From: Mobula hypostoma
Taxonomy: Eukaryota
NCBI RefSeq assembly: GCF_963921235.1
Contig: NC_086097.1
Span: 15,314,001-15,378,000 of the forward strand
Direction: 5' to 3'
DNA: 64,000 nucleotides
Below the pieces are notes generated by a model. That model was not told where the DNA came from. It made no database searches and saw only the letters and a program-made list of their open reading frames with translations. The translations under genes were made by a program, and so were the position numbers. Position 1 is the stretch's first letter; each line of letters opens with the position of its first letter. Below, piece by piece: positions 1 through 12,707 of the stretch.

Positions 1-555
1 TTTGCACATTGGTAGTTTGTTTATGAATAGTTTTTTTAAAAAAATTTTGCATTTCTGTATTTTCCTGTAAATGCTTATAATAAAAATTAACCTCAAGCTA
101 GTATATGGTGACACACAAATATTTTGATAATAGATTTACCTTGACCTTAAAATATCTTCCCGCTAGTGATCAACATGACCACTTTGCCTCCTGTGCTAAG
201 GCAGAAGTCTAAAGGTCATAGATTCAAGACCCACTATGGACAAATTTTAAAGTGGAAGCCGCAGGTGAGACTCCAGTGCCGTGAAGTTGCTTCTTTCAGC
301 ACAGACCTGCTGCTGAGGCCCTAGCAGCTCTCACAAACCGCTTTAAGTGCTCTGACGAGGAGAGAAATTAACCCTGGTCCACAAGTACATAATAATCCCT
401 CACTCCACTGAAACAGAGGGCATTGTTCTTTGTGGGGACTGGCTTTATACAATCTGTGCCTTGTGGAATAATGTAAAATTGTCTGTTGGTTGTAAAGTGA
501 CTTAAAGAATTATGTTAGGGTGTTTTAAATGTATAAGTGTTTGTTTCTATCACCA

Positions 556-775
556 TAAACACAACAGGTTCTGCAGATATTGGAAATCCACACTAACTAA
601 CACAAAATGCTGGAGGAATCCAGCAGGTCGGGCAGCATCTGTTGAAATGAATAAACAGTCAACGCTTCAGGCTGAGACCCTTTATCAGGTCTCCTCCTAA
701 AATGTCGACTGTGTATTCCTCTCCATAGATCTTCAGATCTCCATAGTTCCTCAAGGATTTTGTGTTTGTTGCTCT
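556..775. mobile_element. Penelope-like 3' tail with degenerate hammerhead motif (minus) plus a short inverted copy
   Basis: Tail 'ctgcagat..ggaaatcc..cacaaaatgctggaggaa..cagcaggtc' and a decayed motif at 656-690, followed by an oppositely oriented partial copy at about 697-775. Confidence 0.7.
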
Positions 776-1264
776 ACTGACTGAAGCAGAAATCTAAGAA
801 CATCCCTGATTCTGACCTCTTCTAGAACTATTCTGGTCAAGGCAGTGGGGGAACTGCTATGATTTGTTTTGGTGTCTCTTGGTCACAGAGAGCTGAAAAG
901 AAAAATCTGTCAGAATTGTTAAGAAATGACATTCCTGATTCTGTGAACATGTCTACATTTAAACGACTGAAATAAAACATCTACCACTTACACGATTTGA
1001 CTCTGTGCTTGAACAAAAGCAATGGGATCCATATTAAACAAAAATTTTACTCTCATCCTTCTAGCCTGGCGCTATTCTGAATTGAGGAGATCTTGCCATT
1101 GTAGATCAAGTCAGTTGGATGGGTAACAGTGCCTTGGGGAACAATATAACTGACAGACAACCTATGTCAATACGGATATGAGAAAGCTTGTGGTTACTGG
1201 TTGCAATGTCGGGAATGGTGGAATTGGCTGGACTGATGACAGCTGGCCTGCTATAGCCAACTGT

Positions 1265-2090
1265 ATTGGGTTTTATTAAAAATTATTATTACATATACCA
1301 AGATGGAGTGAAAAGCTTGGTTTGCACACAGCTTGCGCAGATCAAATCATTATACATAGTACACCGAAATAGTACAAGGTAAAAAATAGCAACAGTGTGC
1401 AGAACAATGTGTAAAAGCTACCAAAAAAAGGCAGTGCAGGTAAACAATAAAGTACAAGATCAAAATGAAGTAGATTGAGAGGCCAGGAGTTCACCTTATC
1501 ATACAAGAGGTCAATTCTAAAGTCTGGCAGCACTGGGATAGAAGCTGTCTTTGAGCCTTGTGGTATGTGCTTTCAGGCTTTTGTATCTCTTGTCCGACGG
1601 GAGGGGAAAGAAGAGAGAATATCGGTGGTGGGTGGGGTCCTTGATTATGCAGGCTGCCTTACAGGTATCCATCATTGAAGACTCCCATCAAACAGGTCAT
1701 GGATTGTTCTCATCACTACCATCAGGAAGGAGGTACAGAAGCCTGAAGGCACACACGCAACAATTCAGGAACAGCTTCTTCCCCTCTGCCATCCGGTTTT
1801 GAATGGACATTGAACCTATGAACACGACTTCACTACTTCTTTATTTCTATTTTTGCACTGCTTATTTAATCAAACTATTTTTATACACACACACACACAC
1901 ACTCTTACATAATTCATGCTTTTTTTCTTTGTACTGCTGCTGCAAAGACAACATATTTCACAACATATACCGGGGATATTCAACCTGATCTGATTCCGAT
2001 TCAGCACGAGATATACGCAGACGGAGGGGAGGATGGTTTCTGTGATGTGCTGAGCTGTGTCCACAACTTTCGGCAGTTTCTTGTACAGAA
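1265..2090. mobile_element. Rex1/Babar-type LINE 3' fragments, nested (a plus copy at about 1660-2005 inside a minus copy)
   Basis: Translation 'IIEDSHQTGHGLFSSLPSGRRYRSLKAHTQQFRNSFFPSAIRF' is typical of the Rex1/Babar ORF C-terminus; similar pieces recur across the window. Confidence 0.65.
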
Positions 2091-2207
2091 CTGTATTCAC
2101 TCAATAGCTGCAGCAAGGTGAGTGAGACAGGTACGTTCCCAAGAGCCACAGAGTCAACAAGCACGAGAACTGGCCCCTGGCCCACTGGGTCCTTGCAGAA
2201 CATAAAC

Positions 2208-2490
2208 CACCTATCCTTTCAGGGCCCCAAACAGTTCTCCCAGGTGAGGTAACATTTTACCTGTGAATCTTTTGGGGTCATCTACTGTACCTGGAGCTCA
2301 CGTTGTGGCCTCCCCTCTACGATGGTGTGACCCTACACAGATTGGGGGAATCACTGTGTCAAGCACCTTCCTGGTGGCCAACCATTTTACTTTCAATCCC
2401 CATTCCCATTACGACATGTCGGTCCATGGACTCCTCTACCAAAATGTTGAGGCCACTCTCAGCTTGGAGGAAAAACACCTCATCATTTCA
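2208..2490 (+). pseudogene. Penelope-like GIY-YIG endonuclease remnant
   Basis: Across frameshifts and a stop it reads GPKQFSQVR*HFTCESFGVIYCTWSSRCGL/LYDGVTLHRLG/../VANHFTFNPHSHYDMSVHGLLYQNVEATLSLEEKHLI, matching the VIY..CxxC..YIGET pattern of PLE endonucleases. Confidence 0.8.
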
Positions 2491-3362
2491 GTAGAGGAGG
2501 CCATGGACCAACCAGCATTTAGTATGTGTTACAAGTGTTACTATATACAAAATGCTGGATGAACTCAACAGGTCAGGCAGCATCTATAGAAAGGAATAAA
2601 CAGTCGATAGATATAGAGATACAGATAGAGACAGAGAGAGATGGATAAAATAAAAAGTAAATGATTAAAAATAAAAAAATATATTTTTTAAAATCATAAA
2701 TAAATCATAAGCCAATTTACTAATTAATTTATCAATTTGGGTACAATGAGGATCCCTGTGTGATAATCACTGGTTAATCTATTCTGTTAAAAGATCATTC
2801 TTGAGCTACAAGCTCAGGTCTTCCTCTAGTCTGGGCTCTCTCTTATGAGTCGTAACTGTGAAGAAAAAGGGAGAGCATCTGGTAATAAATTTTTGTAAAT
2901 TCTCTCCTGCAGCCTTGCAGGAAAACAGCTCTAGTGCTCAGACAAAATTGTACATTACTTTCCCTGAACAGGATGTACAGTAGAGGTCAAACCTTGTCAG
3001 GAGCATCAAGTAGTGGTTAACCAGGAGACTAACTCAATTAGAAAACTCATTTTCCCTGAGCCTCAGCGTTGCTTAGCTCCATTCGCACCCTGACACATCG
3101 TGAAGTGTGGTAAATTCTAATGGGAACAACCATTCACTGTAACAAATGAGAAGCTGGTGGAACTCAGCAGGTCAGGCAGCAAGTATGGAGGAAAATGGAT
3201 ATTTGATGTTTCATCAGGATTGAAAAAGAGAGGGGAGATAACCAGTATAAAGAGATGAAGGGAGAAGATGGAGCAAGAGCTGGCAAGTGATCGGTGGATC
3301 CAGGTGAGGAAGGAGAGGCAGATGGAGGAGGTTAGGAGGGAAATAGCAACAGAGGCTGAGGG

Positions 3363-5370
3363 ATAGAAACATAGAAACATAGAAAATAGGTGCAGGAGTA
3401 GGCCATTCGGCCCTTCGAGCCTGCACCGCCATTTATTATGATCATGGCTGATCATCCAACTCAGAACCCAGCCTTCCCTCCATACCCCCTGACCCCTGTA
3501 GCCACAAGGGCCATATCTAACTTCCTTTTAAACATAGCTAATGAACTGGCCTCAACAGTTTGCTGTGGCAGAGAATTCCACAGATTCACCACTCTCTGTG
3601 TGAAGAAGTTTTTCCTAACCTCGGTCCTAAAAGGCTTCCCCTCTATCCTCAAACTGTGACCCCTCGTTCTAGACCTCCCCAACATCGGGAACAATCTTCC
3701 TGCATCTAGCCTGTCCAATCCCTTTAGGATCTTATACGTTTCAATCAGATCCCCCCTCAATCTTCTAAATTCCAACGAGTACAAGCCCAGTTCATCCAGT
3801 CTTTCTTCATATGAAAGACCTGCCATCCCAGGAATCAATCTGGTGAACCTTCTTTGTACTCCCTCTATGGCAAAGATGTCTTTCCTCAGATTAGGGGACC
3901 AAAACTGCACACAATACTCCAGGTGTGGTCTCACCAAGGCCTTGTACAACTGCAGTAGTACCTCCCTGCTCCTGTACTCGAATCCTCTCGCTATAAATGC
4001 CAGCATACCGTTCGCCTTTTTCACCGCCTGCTGTACCTGCATGCCCACTTTCAATGACTGGTGTATAATGACACCCAGGTCTCGTTGCACCTCCCCTTTT
4101 CCTAATCGGCCACCATTCAGATAATAATCTGTTTTCCTATTTTTGCCACCAAAGTGGATAACTTCACATTTATCCACATTAAATTGCATCTGCCATGAGT
4201 TTGCCCACTCACCCAACCTATCCAAGTCACCCTGCATCCTCTTAGCATCCTCCTCACTGCTAACACTGCCACCCAGCTTCGTGTCATCCGCAAACTTGGA
4301 GATGCTGCATTTAATTCCCTCATCCAAGTCATTAATATATATTGTAAACAACTGGGGTCCCAGCACTGAGCCTTGCGGTACCCCACTAGTCACCGCCTGC
4401 CATTCTGAAAAGGTCCCGTTTATTCCCACTCTTTGCTTCCTGTCTGCTAACCAATTCTCCACCCACACCAATACCTTACCCCCAATACCGTGTGCTTTAA
4501 GTTTGCACACTAATCTCCTATGTGGGACCTTGTCAAAAGCCTTTTGAAAATCCAAATATACCACATCCACTGGTTCTCCCCTATCCACTCTGCTAGTTAC
4601 ATCCTCAAAAAATTCTATGAGATTCGTCAGACATGATTTTCCTTTCACAAATCCATGCTGACTTTGTCCGATCATTTCACCGCTTTCCAAATGTGCTGTT
4701 ATCACATCCTTGATAACTGACTCCAGCAGTTTCCCCACCACCGACGTTAGGCTAACCGGCCTATAATTCCCCGGTTTCTCTCTCCCTCCTTTTTTAAAAA
4801 GTGGGGTTACATTAGCCACCCTCCAATCCTCAGGAACTAGTCCAGAATCTAACGAGTTTTGAAAAATTATCACTAATGCATCCACTATTTCTTGGGCCAC
4901 TTCCTTAAGCACTCTGGGATGCAGACCATCTGGCCCTGGGGATTTATCTGCCTTCAATCCCTTCAATTTACCTAACACCACTTCCCTACTAACATGTATT
5001 TCGCTCAGTTCCTCCATCTCACTGGACCCTCTGTCCCTTACTATTTCTGGAAGATTATTTATGTCCTCCTTAGTGAAGACAGAACCAAAGTAATTATTCA
5101 ATTGGTCTGCCATGTCCTTGCTCCCCATAATCAATTCACCTGTTTCTGTTTGCAGGGGACCTACATTTGTCTTTATCAGTCTTTTCCTTTTTACATATCT
5201 ATAAAAGCTTTTACAGTCCGTTTTTATGTTCTCTGCCAGTTTTCTCTCATAATCTTTTTTCCCCTTCCTAATTAAGCCCTTTGTCCTCCTCTGCTGAACT
5301 CTGAATTTCTCCCAGTCCTCAGGTGAGCCACTTTCTCTGGCTAATTTGTATGCTACTTCTTTGGAATTGA
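3363..5370 (-). mobile_element. Young 5'-truncated CR1 LINE
   Basis: (TTTCTATG)n 3' tail at about 3363-3385, CR1-type 3' UTR and an uninterrupted RT frame. Confidence 0.95.
3461..5370 (-). CDS. CR1 ORF2 reverse-transcriptase portion (endonuclease missing)
   Basis: Motifs KSPGPDG, NYRPVSLTS, YLDFQKAFD, GVPQGSVLGP, KFADDTKL and RPHLEYCVQFWSP; the first about 24 aa of the predicted 660-aa ORF come from flanking DNA. Confidence 0.9.
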
Positions 5371-5624
5371 TGATGGGTGGAGGCCAACAAAGATCTGCAG
5401 ATGATGGAACCTGACACGAGAGGAAGGTGAAACATGGAGCCAAATGAGGGAAGTGGGGAGGGCAGATGAGAACAGTAGGGGAGGGGACACAGTGGGATAC
5501 TGGTTAGTTGGAATAGATAGAGGAGGGGAAAGAAATGGGGGCATTCACTGCTTTACCAAGGAGCTGAACGTTCAAGAATTCTGTAGAAGGCTGAATTATT
5601 TTTAAAAGTGAAAGAAGTAGCTTT

Positions 5625-6520
5625 ATCTTTCACATCAAGTCCATTTACTATAAAAGAATGTATAAATTATACAACCTGGAGACTTGCTTGCTCACAGTAG
5701 CCACAAAGCAAGGAAACCCAAAAGAGCACAAATTAAAAAAACAAAAAGAATAAAAATAAAAAAAAACATTTGATGTGCAAGAGAAGGAAAAAAATACAAA
5801 TCATGCAAACAATTGAAGCAAACAACAGCATTCCGAATGAAAAATGTGTCCTCAGATCCAAACCCTGGAGCAGCCCAGAGCAGGCCCAAAGCCTCACTGT
5901 CAGTTGGTGGGCATGGAGCACAGCAGCTGGGTCAGTCTTCATGGCCTCAGCGCCATGGAAATGACCATCGTGGAGAACGAATGAAATCGGCTCTCATCCA
6001 AACTGACACCCTGTCTTTTCACCCTATCTGGGCTAGCATTTAATTTGACCTAATGACAGAACAGCAAAAAGCTCCGGCACCCTGGAGGAGGGAGTGAAGA
6101 TCATGGAGAGCAAACAAAATCGGCTCTCGTTCCGATCTGGGCCAGCGTTTAAATTGTCTGTGTACCAGCGCATTATATCTCGCACTAGGATCTGGGCACC
6201 ATTGCTGAGAAAGGCTCCAGGCCTAGACCATGCTGTCCAGTTACTCGCTTCGGGCCCAGATTTCACCACCCAGCGACTCGTTCCGGGCCTAGACCACGCT
6301 ACTCTCAAGCTCTTCCAAGTCAGCTTGGCACCCAAATCAATCCAACCTCACTCCCAGGCCAACTGTATGGGTATCAGAACTCCATCTGCATTGAATCATC
6401 TCCTGAACTCGCCTTGCCATCGCTCAGATAATTTTACACATTTTACCTCAGAAAAGGTATTTTTAGTGATGTTTTCAGTTGGATTTCTTAGCTTTTTGAC
6501 TCCCATGAAGCTGTCACTTT
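5625..6520 (-). repeat. Probable unclassified interspersed repeat
   Basis: The left end resembles the LINE-like tails at 11650 and 26005; internal near-repeat 'ggcctagaccaYgct' near 6220 and 6286. Confidence 0.35.
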
Positions 6521-6711
6521 AGGACTTTACAAACTGCTTTGATTAAAGTACCTTTGAAGTGTATTCACTAAGGTAATCTATTAATGTGGACTCTCTGGGT
6601 GGCATGTATGGTTTATAACTCTCAATACTCACTTTCCTTGGCATGAACAAACCACTGGTTCTGTCACATGACATCCTCCCTGTTTGCTCCATGCTTCTTT
6701 TGGCAAATATA

Positions 6712-7213
6712 CACTCAATGGCCACCTTATTAGGTACACTTGCTCGTTAATGCAAATATCTAATCAGCCAATCATGTAGCAGCAACTCAATGCATGAAAG
6801 AATGCAGAAATGGGCAAGAAATTCAGTTGTTTGTTCAGACGAACATCAGAATGGAGAAGAACTGTGATCGAAATTGAGTTTGACTATGGAATGTTGGTGC
6901 CAGATGGGGTGGTTTGAGTATCTCAGAAGCTGCTGATGTCCTGGTATTTTCATGCACAATAGTCTCAGTTTACGGAGAATGGTTCCGAGAAACAGAAGTC
7001 ATCCCATCAGTGGCAGTTCTTTGGGTGAATACTCCTTGTTAATCAGAGAGGTCAGAGGAGAATAGCCAGACTGGTTCAAGCTGACAGGAAACTGACAGTA
7101 ACCACACATTACAACAGTGGTGTGCAGAAGATTATCTCAGAATGCACAACACGTTGATGGGCTGCAACAGAAGACCACGCACCTCCTGAAGCTAATAAAC
7201 TGGTCGCTGAGTG
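6712..7213 (+). mobile_element. Non-autonomous Tc1-like DNA transposon
   Basis: TA flanks; imperfect TIRs cactcaatggccaccttattag / ctaataaactggtcgctgagtg; decayed N-terminal transposase helix-turn-helix sequence (..LSISEAADVLVFS..). Confidence 0.8.
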
Positions 7214-7604
7214 TACATTTTCTTCTTAATATACAGAAAATACAATTAGGACATGTCCTTGTATATCATTCATTGTACCATCAACTTAATACATGACAAC
7301 AGCATTTATGTTGCTTCTTTGAACAATACCCCAGTGGTGTTTAAGAAACTGTTATGCAGGGCTTAACCCTTCAGTGTCAGTGATGACAGGACCCTAGACT
7401 TTGGTCCAAGCCCACAAAACTGCTACAGTTCCTGCTCTATACTCCTTCTTTACTTTGAGTAGTCTCTGACCAGGGATTCCCAGGAGCCAGTGTCAGGCAT
7501 ATAAATCACGTGGCTTAACGTTCAGAGTCGCCCTTGTGTAATTGCAACTGGGGATAATGGCTTGGGAGATGATGTTGTTCACTTATCATTCCAGTGAATT
7601 CCAC

Positions 7605-7830
7605 AGGAGGATTTTCATTACCCAGATGATGGTTAATCTGTGGAATTCATTACCACAGACAGCGACTGAAGTTGAGTCATTAGATAGACTTAAAGTGGAG
7701 GATGATAGGCTATTGATTAATAAGGGCGTCAACGATTATGGGAAGAAAGCAGGAGGATGGGGTTGATGATGTAATAAATCACCCATGGTGGAATGACAGA
7801 ACAGACTTGATGGGATGAATGGTCTCATGA
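7605..7830 (+). mobile_element. Old CR1 3' fragment
   Basis: 'RRIFITQMMVNLWNSLPQ' ORF2 C-terminus plus 3' UTR. Confidence 0.8.
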
Positions 7831-8419
7831 ATCTGTCAGGATTAAGTGGAATAATATGAGATTCAACTGTAAGATCATGACAATTAACAAATAAATAAAT
7901 AACAGCCACCTATTTAGTCACAGTAACAACATCCTCCTGTATATATTTATTGATTGGCATTCTACCAAACAAATGGTGGCAAGACCGAACTGTAATTAAT
8001 TAAAAGAATGTTAAATTCATTAAGATAGAGCACATGGTAAACATTGTTTGAAACTTGCAAACAATGCAGTTTGCAGTTCTCTTCAAGTGATCCCAGTTTG
8101 CCGTACTGCCTTTATGGATATTTTGTCGAATAACCTTTCCATAACCTTCACTGACCCGCCCTCAAGCGCTGAACTGATTTGTCACTCCATGTACAGATCA
8201 TCTCTGAGTAATGGATGGGGTCCATTTTTTTAAAGATGTCCAGAAGTCAATGTTGGCTGCACATCGAAAAATACACAAAAATAACTCTACGTAGTAACTG
8301 CACCTCCACAGTACGGTAACAAATGCATCAAAAGCACCTTGGACGAATAAGAAGGAAAAAATATTAGAAGTGGAAAGAGTGAGAGGAAACTAGCTGTAAA
8401 GTTTGTAGAAAGAATGGGT

Positions 8420-8622
8420 ATATACACACACAAAATGCTGGAGGAACTCAGTAGGTCAAGCAACATCTATGAAAATAAATAAACAGTCAATATTTCAGAC
8501 ATTGATGCTGCTTGGCCTGCTGAGTTCCTCCAGCATTTTATGTGCATTGCTTGGATTTCCAGCACCTGTAGATTTTCTCTTGTTTTTAATATTTCGGGGT
8601 AAGATCCTTTATCAGGACTGGT
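8420..8622. mobile_element. Penelope-like tails in inverted arrangement with decayed hammerhead motif
   Basis: Minus tail 8424-8497, plus tail 8502-8585, and motif remnant 'tttcggggtaagatcctttatcaggactgg'. Confidence 0.65.
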
Positions 8623-10227
8623 AAAAAGTCGACCATGATTTTGTTGAACAGCAACGCAAGGGTGAGAGGGCAACGGCATCTGTCTTCTTCAACCTCTTCT
8701 GTTCTAGAAGTCAGTCAAACTATCTCAACTGTTTGGAAGAGATTTCACTTCTTTGCAAATGTGTCTTCTTCATGCATTGATGCCAGCCAATCTTTTGAAT
8801 GTTCCCTCAGCCTGACCCCTCCACTCTGCTTTTCGGGGAATGCATTCCTGGTCAGACTCGGCAGAGTTAAAGTCAAGGCTCCGTATGGAGGCAATTTTCT
8901 ACCCTGCATGGTGGGATGCTACTTGGGGAATTCATCTCATAATGAGCAGTGAGTGATTGAGATTCATTTTATGCACATAATTTGTAAGTTAATGTCCTCC
9001 ACTCACTGCATTTCTTTTCTGGAGATTTTACCCTCTTTTTTTTAAACAAAGAACTTGCTGTTGTTTCTGCTCAATACTCTCTTCAAGCAGACTGTTATTG
9101 CGTAAACTGTTTTTCATGTTGCTGTGAGTCACTGTCCTGCCTCTAACTCACTGGCCAAAACAGTCTTAAAGGAACATTAGGAAAGAATCCAGAAAATCCA
9201 TTTGGTCCCTCAAACCAATTCTGTCAAAAAGATCTGCCACTCAGTTAGACGGAATCTTTTGCCTTTGTTCCACTTTTCTGCATTAACTCCATATCCCTCA
9301 AATTAGTTAATATCCAAAAACCTTTCATAGAGTCTGAGCCTCCACAGTACTAGAATGGAGAGTCCCAAAGATGCACCATGTGCCCCCTGGGATTGGTCAT
9401 TGTAAATTGTCCCATGATTAGACTGGGATTAAATTGGGGGATTGCTGGACAGCAAGCGCGGCTTGAAGAGCCAGAGGGGCCTGTTCTGCTCTGTATCTCA
9501 ATAAGTTAAATAAATAATCAAATAAATAAATAAAATGTGCTACCTCTTACACACTCTCACCTCCAGACCAATTGTCATCAGCACCAGGTAGTTCACTTTC
9601 CAGGAGGGGCCAGCCACTTTACTCATTCATCCCCTTCCCAATTTCTGACCTAAGAGATGGAATTCTGTGCACTGTCTAGTGCTCTCTAACAAGGCCGAGC
9701 AAAGATACAATCAATCAACTCTTTAGTTAATAGCATTGATAATTGGTCAGTATAAATTTAACACTGTCACATTGGTCAGTATGGCAAATGCAGTTCAGAC
9801 TAAAACCGCATTTCAGGCAATACAGAGTGTTTTTAGACATGCAATATAACCACACACATCGCACACAGGCACGCTGTCCGAAATGAGGAGGAATAATATA
9901 CGGTTACGAATCCAGTCTATCCTTCCTGTAAAGGGAAAGAGAGTCTTTTAACAATAAAGGAGAAAGGGAGATTCTAACAGCAGTCCTTTGATTCTGAACA
10001 TATCATTCTGCCCCAAACATTCCTGATTAAAGGGAGGATATCCATGGACGAGAGTCCAACTTTTTTGCTTTCTTTCCTGAATCTGGGACAAAAAGGCCAA
10101 TTCCTTCCCCCGTCTCTTCTTATGTAGTAGGGGGAACCAATTTACGATTTGAAAGACATGTTATCTCCCTCTAAGGAACACTGACCCTGAATGTTGTGTG
10201 TTTATTTATTTATTGAAATACAGCACA

Positions 10228-10841
10228 GAGCACTGAGTATAGGAGTTGGGATGTAATGTTGAAATTGTATAAGGCATTGGTGAGGCCAAATTTGGAGTAT
10301 TGTGTACAGTTCTGGTCACCGAATTATAGGAAATATGTCAATAAAATTGAGAGAGTACAGAGGAGATTTACTAAAATGTTGCCTGGGTTTCATCTCCTAA
10401 GTTACAGAGAAAGGTTGAACAAGTTAGGTCTTTATTCTTTGGAGTGTAGAAGGTTGAGGGGAGACTTGATAGAGATATTTAAAATTATGAGGGGGATAGA
10501 TAGAGTTGACGTGGATAGACTTTTTCCATTGAGAGTGGGGGAGATTCAAACAAGAGGACATGAGTTGAGAGTTAAAGGGCAAAAGTTTAGAGGTAACATG
10601 AGGGGGAACTTCTTTACTCAGAGAGTGGTAGCTGTGTGGAATGAGCTTCCAGCGGAAGTGGTTGAGGCAGGTTCGATGTTGTCATTTAAAGTTAAATTGG
10701 ATAGATATATGGACAGGAAAGGAATGGAGGGTTATCGGCTGAGTGCAGGTCGGTGGGACTAGGTGAGACTAAGAGTTCGGCATGGACTAGAAGGGCCGAG
10801 ATGGCCTGTTTCCATGCTGTAATTGTTATATGGTTATATGG
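10228..10841 (+). mobile_element. CR1 3' fragment (second subfamily) with open ORF2 C-terminus
   Basis: ORF 10256-10762 'LYKALVRPNLEYCVQFWSP..FFTQRVVAVWNELP' and (TTATATGG)n tail. Confidence 0.9.
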
Positions 10842-10844
10842 CCC

Positions 10845-11010
10845 CTGGAGTCACACCATCCAGCAATCCCCCAATTTAATCCCAGCCTAATCACAGGACA
10901 ATTTACAATGACCAATTAACCTACCAACTGGCTAGTCTTTGGACTATTGGAGGAAACCCAAGTGGTCACGGGGAAAACGTACAAACCCCTTACGGGCAGC
11001 GGCGGAATAT
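10845..11010 (-). mobile_element. tRNA-derived V-SINE-like (HE1-like) fragment
   Basis: Reverse complement of the body 'ccaaagac..gttggtaggttaattggtcattgtaaattgtcc'. Confidence 0.75.
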
Positions 11011-11649
11011 TGTGCCAGATAATCTTCCAGATTGCTCAAAAGTTTAGTGTCACTGAGTGTAAGATAGTAGGAACAGAATCAAAGCAGTGTAAATGGGAGC
11101 ATGAGAAACCTTCAGGACTGGAAAGAAATAAGGAGAGGGGAAATAGGATAGATAGGATTGTTCTGCAGGGAGCTGGTGTGAACTTGATGGCCTCCTTCTG
11201 TGCCTTAGTGAGTATGTTGAGTCCTATCAAGTTACAGCTGAAGTCTTGTTGCAGATACCATGAAATTTACATAAGACATCAGATAGATAGGCAGAGTTTG
11301 TTATTGTAGGTTTAAGGAGATAATCACCATGAAACCAAAAGAATGTGAGTGCCTGCAGAGCGACAGAGGCGGCTGGAGTGAGTGTAATCGGAATCCACGC
11401 CGGTCCCTGCGATTCACTTGCAGGGTCACATTCCAGTCTCACTTGGCTGAGGGGCTCAGTGCAAACCTGCAGCATTTCCACCCTGCCACAGTGGGGAGGA
11501 TGGGAATCATGCGGAGAGGGAGAGACCACCAAACAAGAAAGCTTTTCAGATTTCTAAAAGCAACTAATCTTCAATAATTCACTGCAAGAATCTGCCAATA
11601 AAAGAAAGGAGCTGGGGAATTAGTCAGTTTTGAAGGCTCCAAATTCCAG

Positions 11650-12570
11650 AATTCAGGGTAAATTTATTAACAAAGTATATATATGTCACCATATACAGCT
11701 CTGTGGTCCATTTTCTTACAGGCATACTAAATAAATCCATAGAATAATAACAATAACAGAATCAATGAAAGACCACACCAATTTGGGTGTTCAATCAGTG
11801 TCCAAAAGACAACAAACAGTGCAAATAAAAAAAATAAAAAAATAATAACAATTACTAAATAAACAAACAATAAGTATCAAGAACATGAGATAAAGAGTGC
11901 TTGGAAGTGGGGCAATAGATTGTGGGAACACTTCAATGATGGGGCAAGTGAAGTTATTCTCTTTGGGGCAAGAGCCTGATGGTTCAGGGCTAATAACAGC
12001 TCCTGAACCTGGTGGTGTGAGTCCTGAGGCTCCTATACCTTTTTCCTGATGGCAGCAATGAGAAAAGGGCATGTCCTGGTTTGGGGTCCCAAATAGTGAA
12101 TACTGCTTTCCTGCAACAGTGTTTTGTGTAGATGTGCTCAGTTGTGGGGGACTTCACCTGTGGTGGACTGGGCCATATCCACTAATTTTTTTTTTTGATT
12201 TTCCATTCTAGGGCATTGGCGTTTCCATACCAGGCTGTGATGCAGCCAGTCAATATACTCACCACCACACATCTATAGAGGCTTGTCAAAGTTTTGGATG
12301 TCATGCCGAATCTTCACAAACTCCTAAGGAAGTAGAGGCACTGCCATAGTTTCTTCATAATTGCACTTGCGTACTGGGCCCAGGACTGATCCTCCAAAAT
12401 AATAACACTGAGGAATTTGAAGTTGCTGACCTTCTCCACCTCTGATCCTCTGATGAGGACTGGCTCATGGATCTCTGCTGAAGTCAATAATCATCTCCCT
12501 GGTCTTGCTGACACTGAGTGTGAGGTTGTCGTTATGACAACTCTCAGCCAGTTTTTCGGTCTCCCTCCGA
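11650..12570 (-). mobile_element. Rex1/Babar-type LINE 3' fragment
   Basis: Decayed ORF end and 3' UTR homologous to 26005-26460 and 63570-63830. Confidence 0.65.
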
Positions 12571-12609
12571 TGACTCAAGGGATTCTCTGGAAATCCAGAG
12601 CAACGGACA

Positions 12610-12707
12610 CACCTGATAAAGAGTTTTGGCCTGAACTGTCAGCTCTTTATGTCTCTCGCAGATGCTGTCTGACCTGCTGAGTTCCTCCAGCATTTTGTAG
12701 CTGTTGC
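12610..12707 (+). mobile_element. Short Penelope-like tail starting at a decayed hammerhead motif
   Basis: 'cctgataaagagttttggcctgaactgtcagct' followed by 'gatgctgtctgacctgctgagttcctccagcattttg'. Confidence 0.65.

Larger units (their letters stand above)
3145..5545 (-). mobile_element. Old Penelope-like 3' region (3145-3362 and 5371-5545) split by a CR1 insertion
   Basis: Tail 'gctggtggaactcagcaggtcaggcagca' followed by a purine-rich tract that resumes after the CR1. Confidence 0.6.

Noticed and set aside
836..894. Minus-strand acceptor tttttcttttcag followed by LCDQETPKQIIAVPPLP*; a similar acceptor at about 2855
   Set aside because: Short frames with no recognisable protein and no linked upstream exons.
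5371..5443. ATG and N-terminus of the 660-aa ORF as a domesticated RT gene
   Set aside because: Chance read-through from flanking repeat DNA into a 5'-truncated CR1, with no evidence of a promoter.
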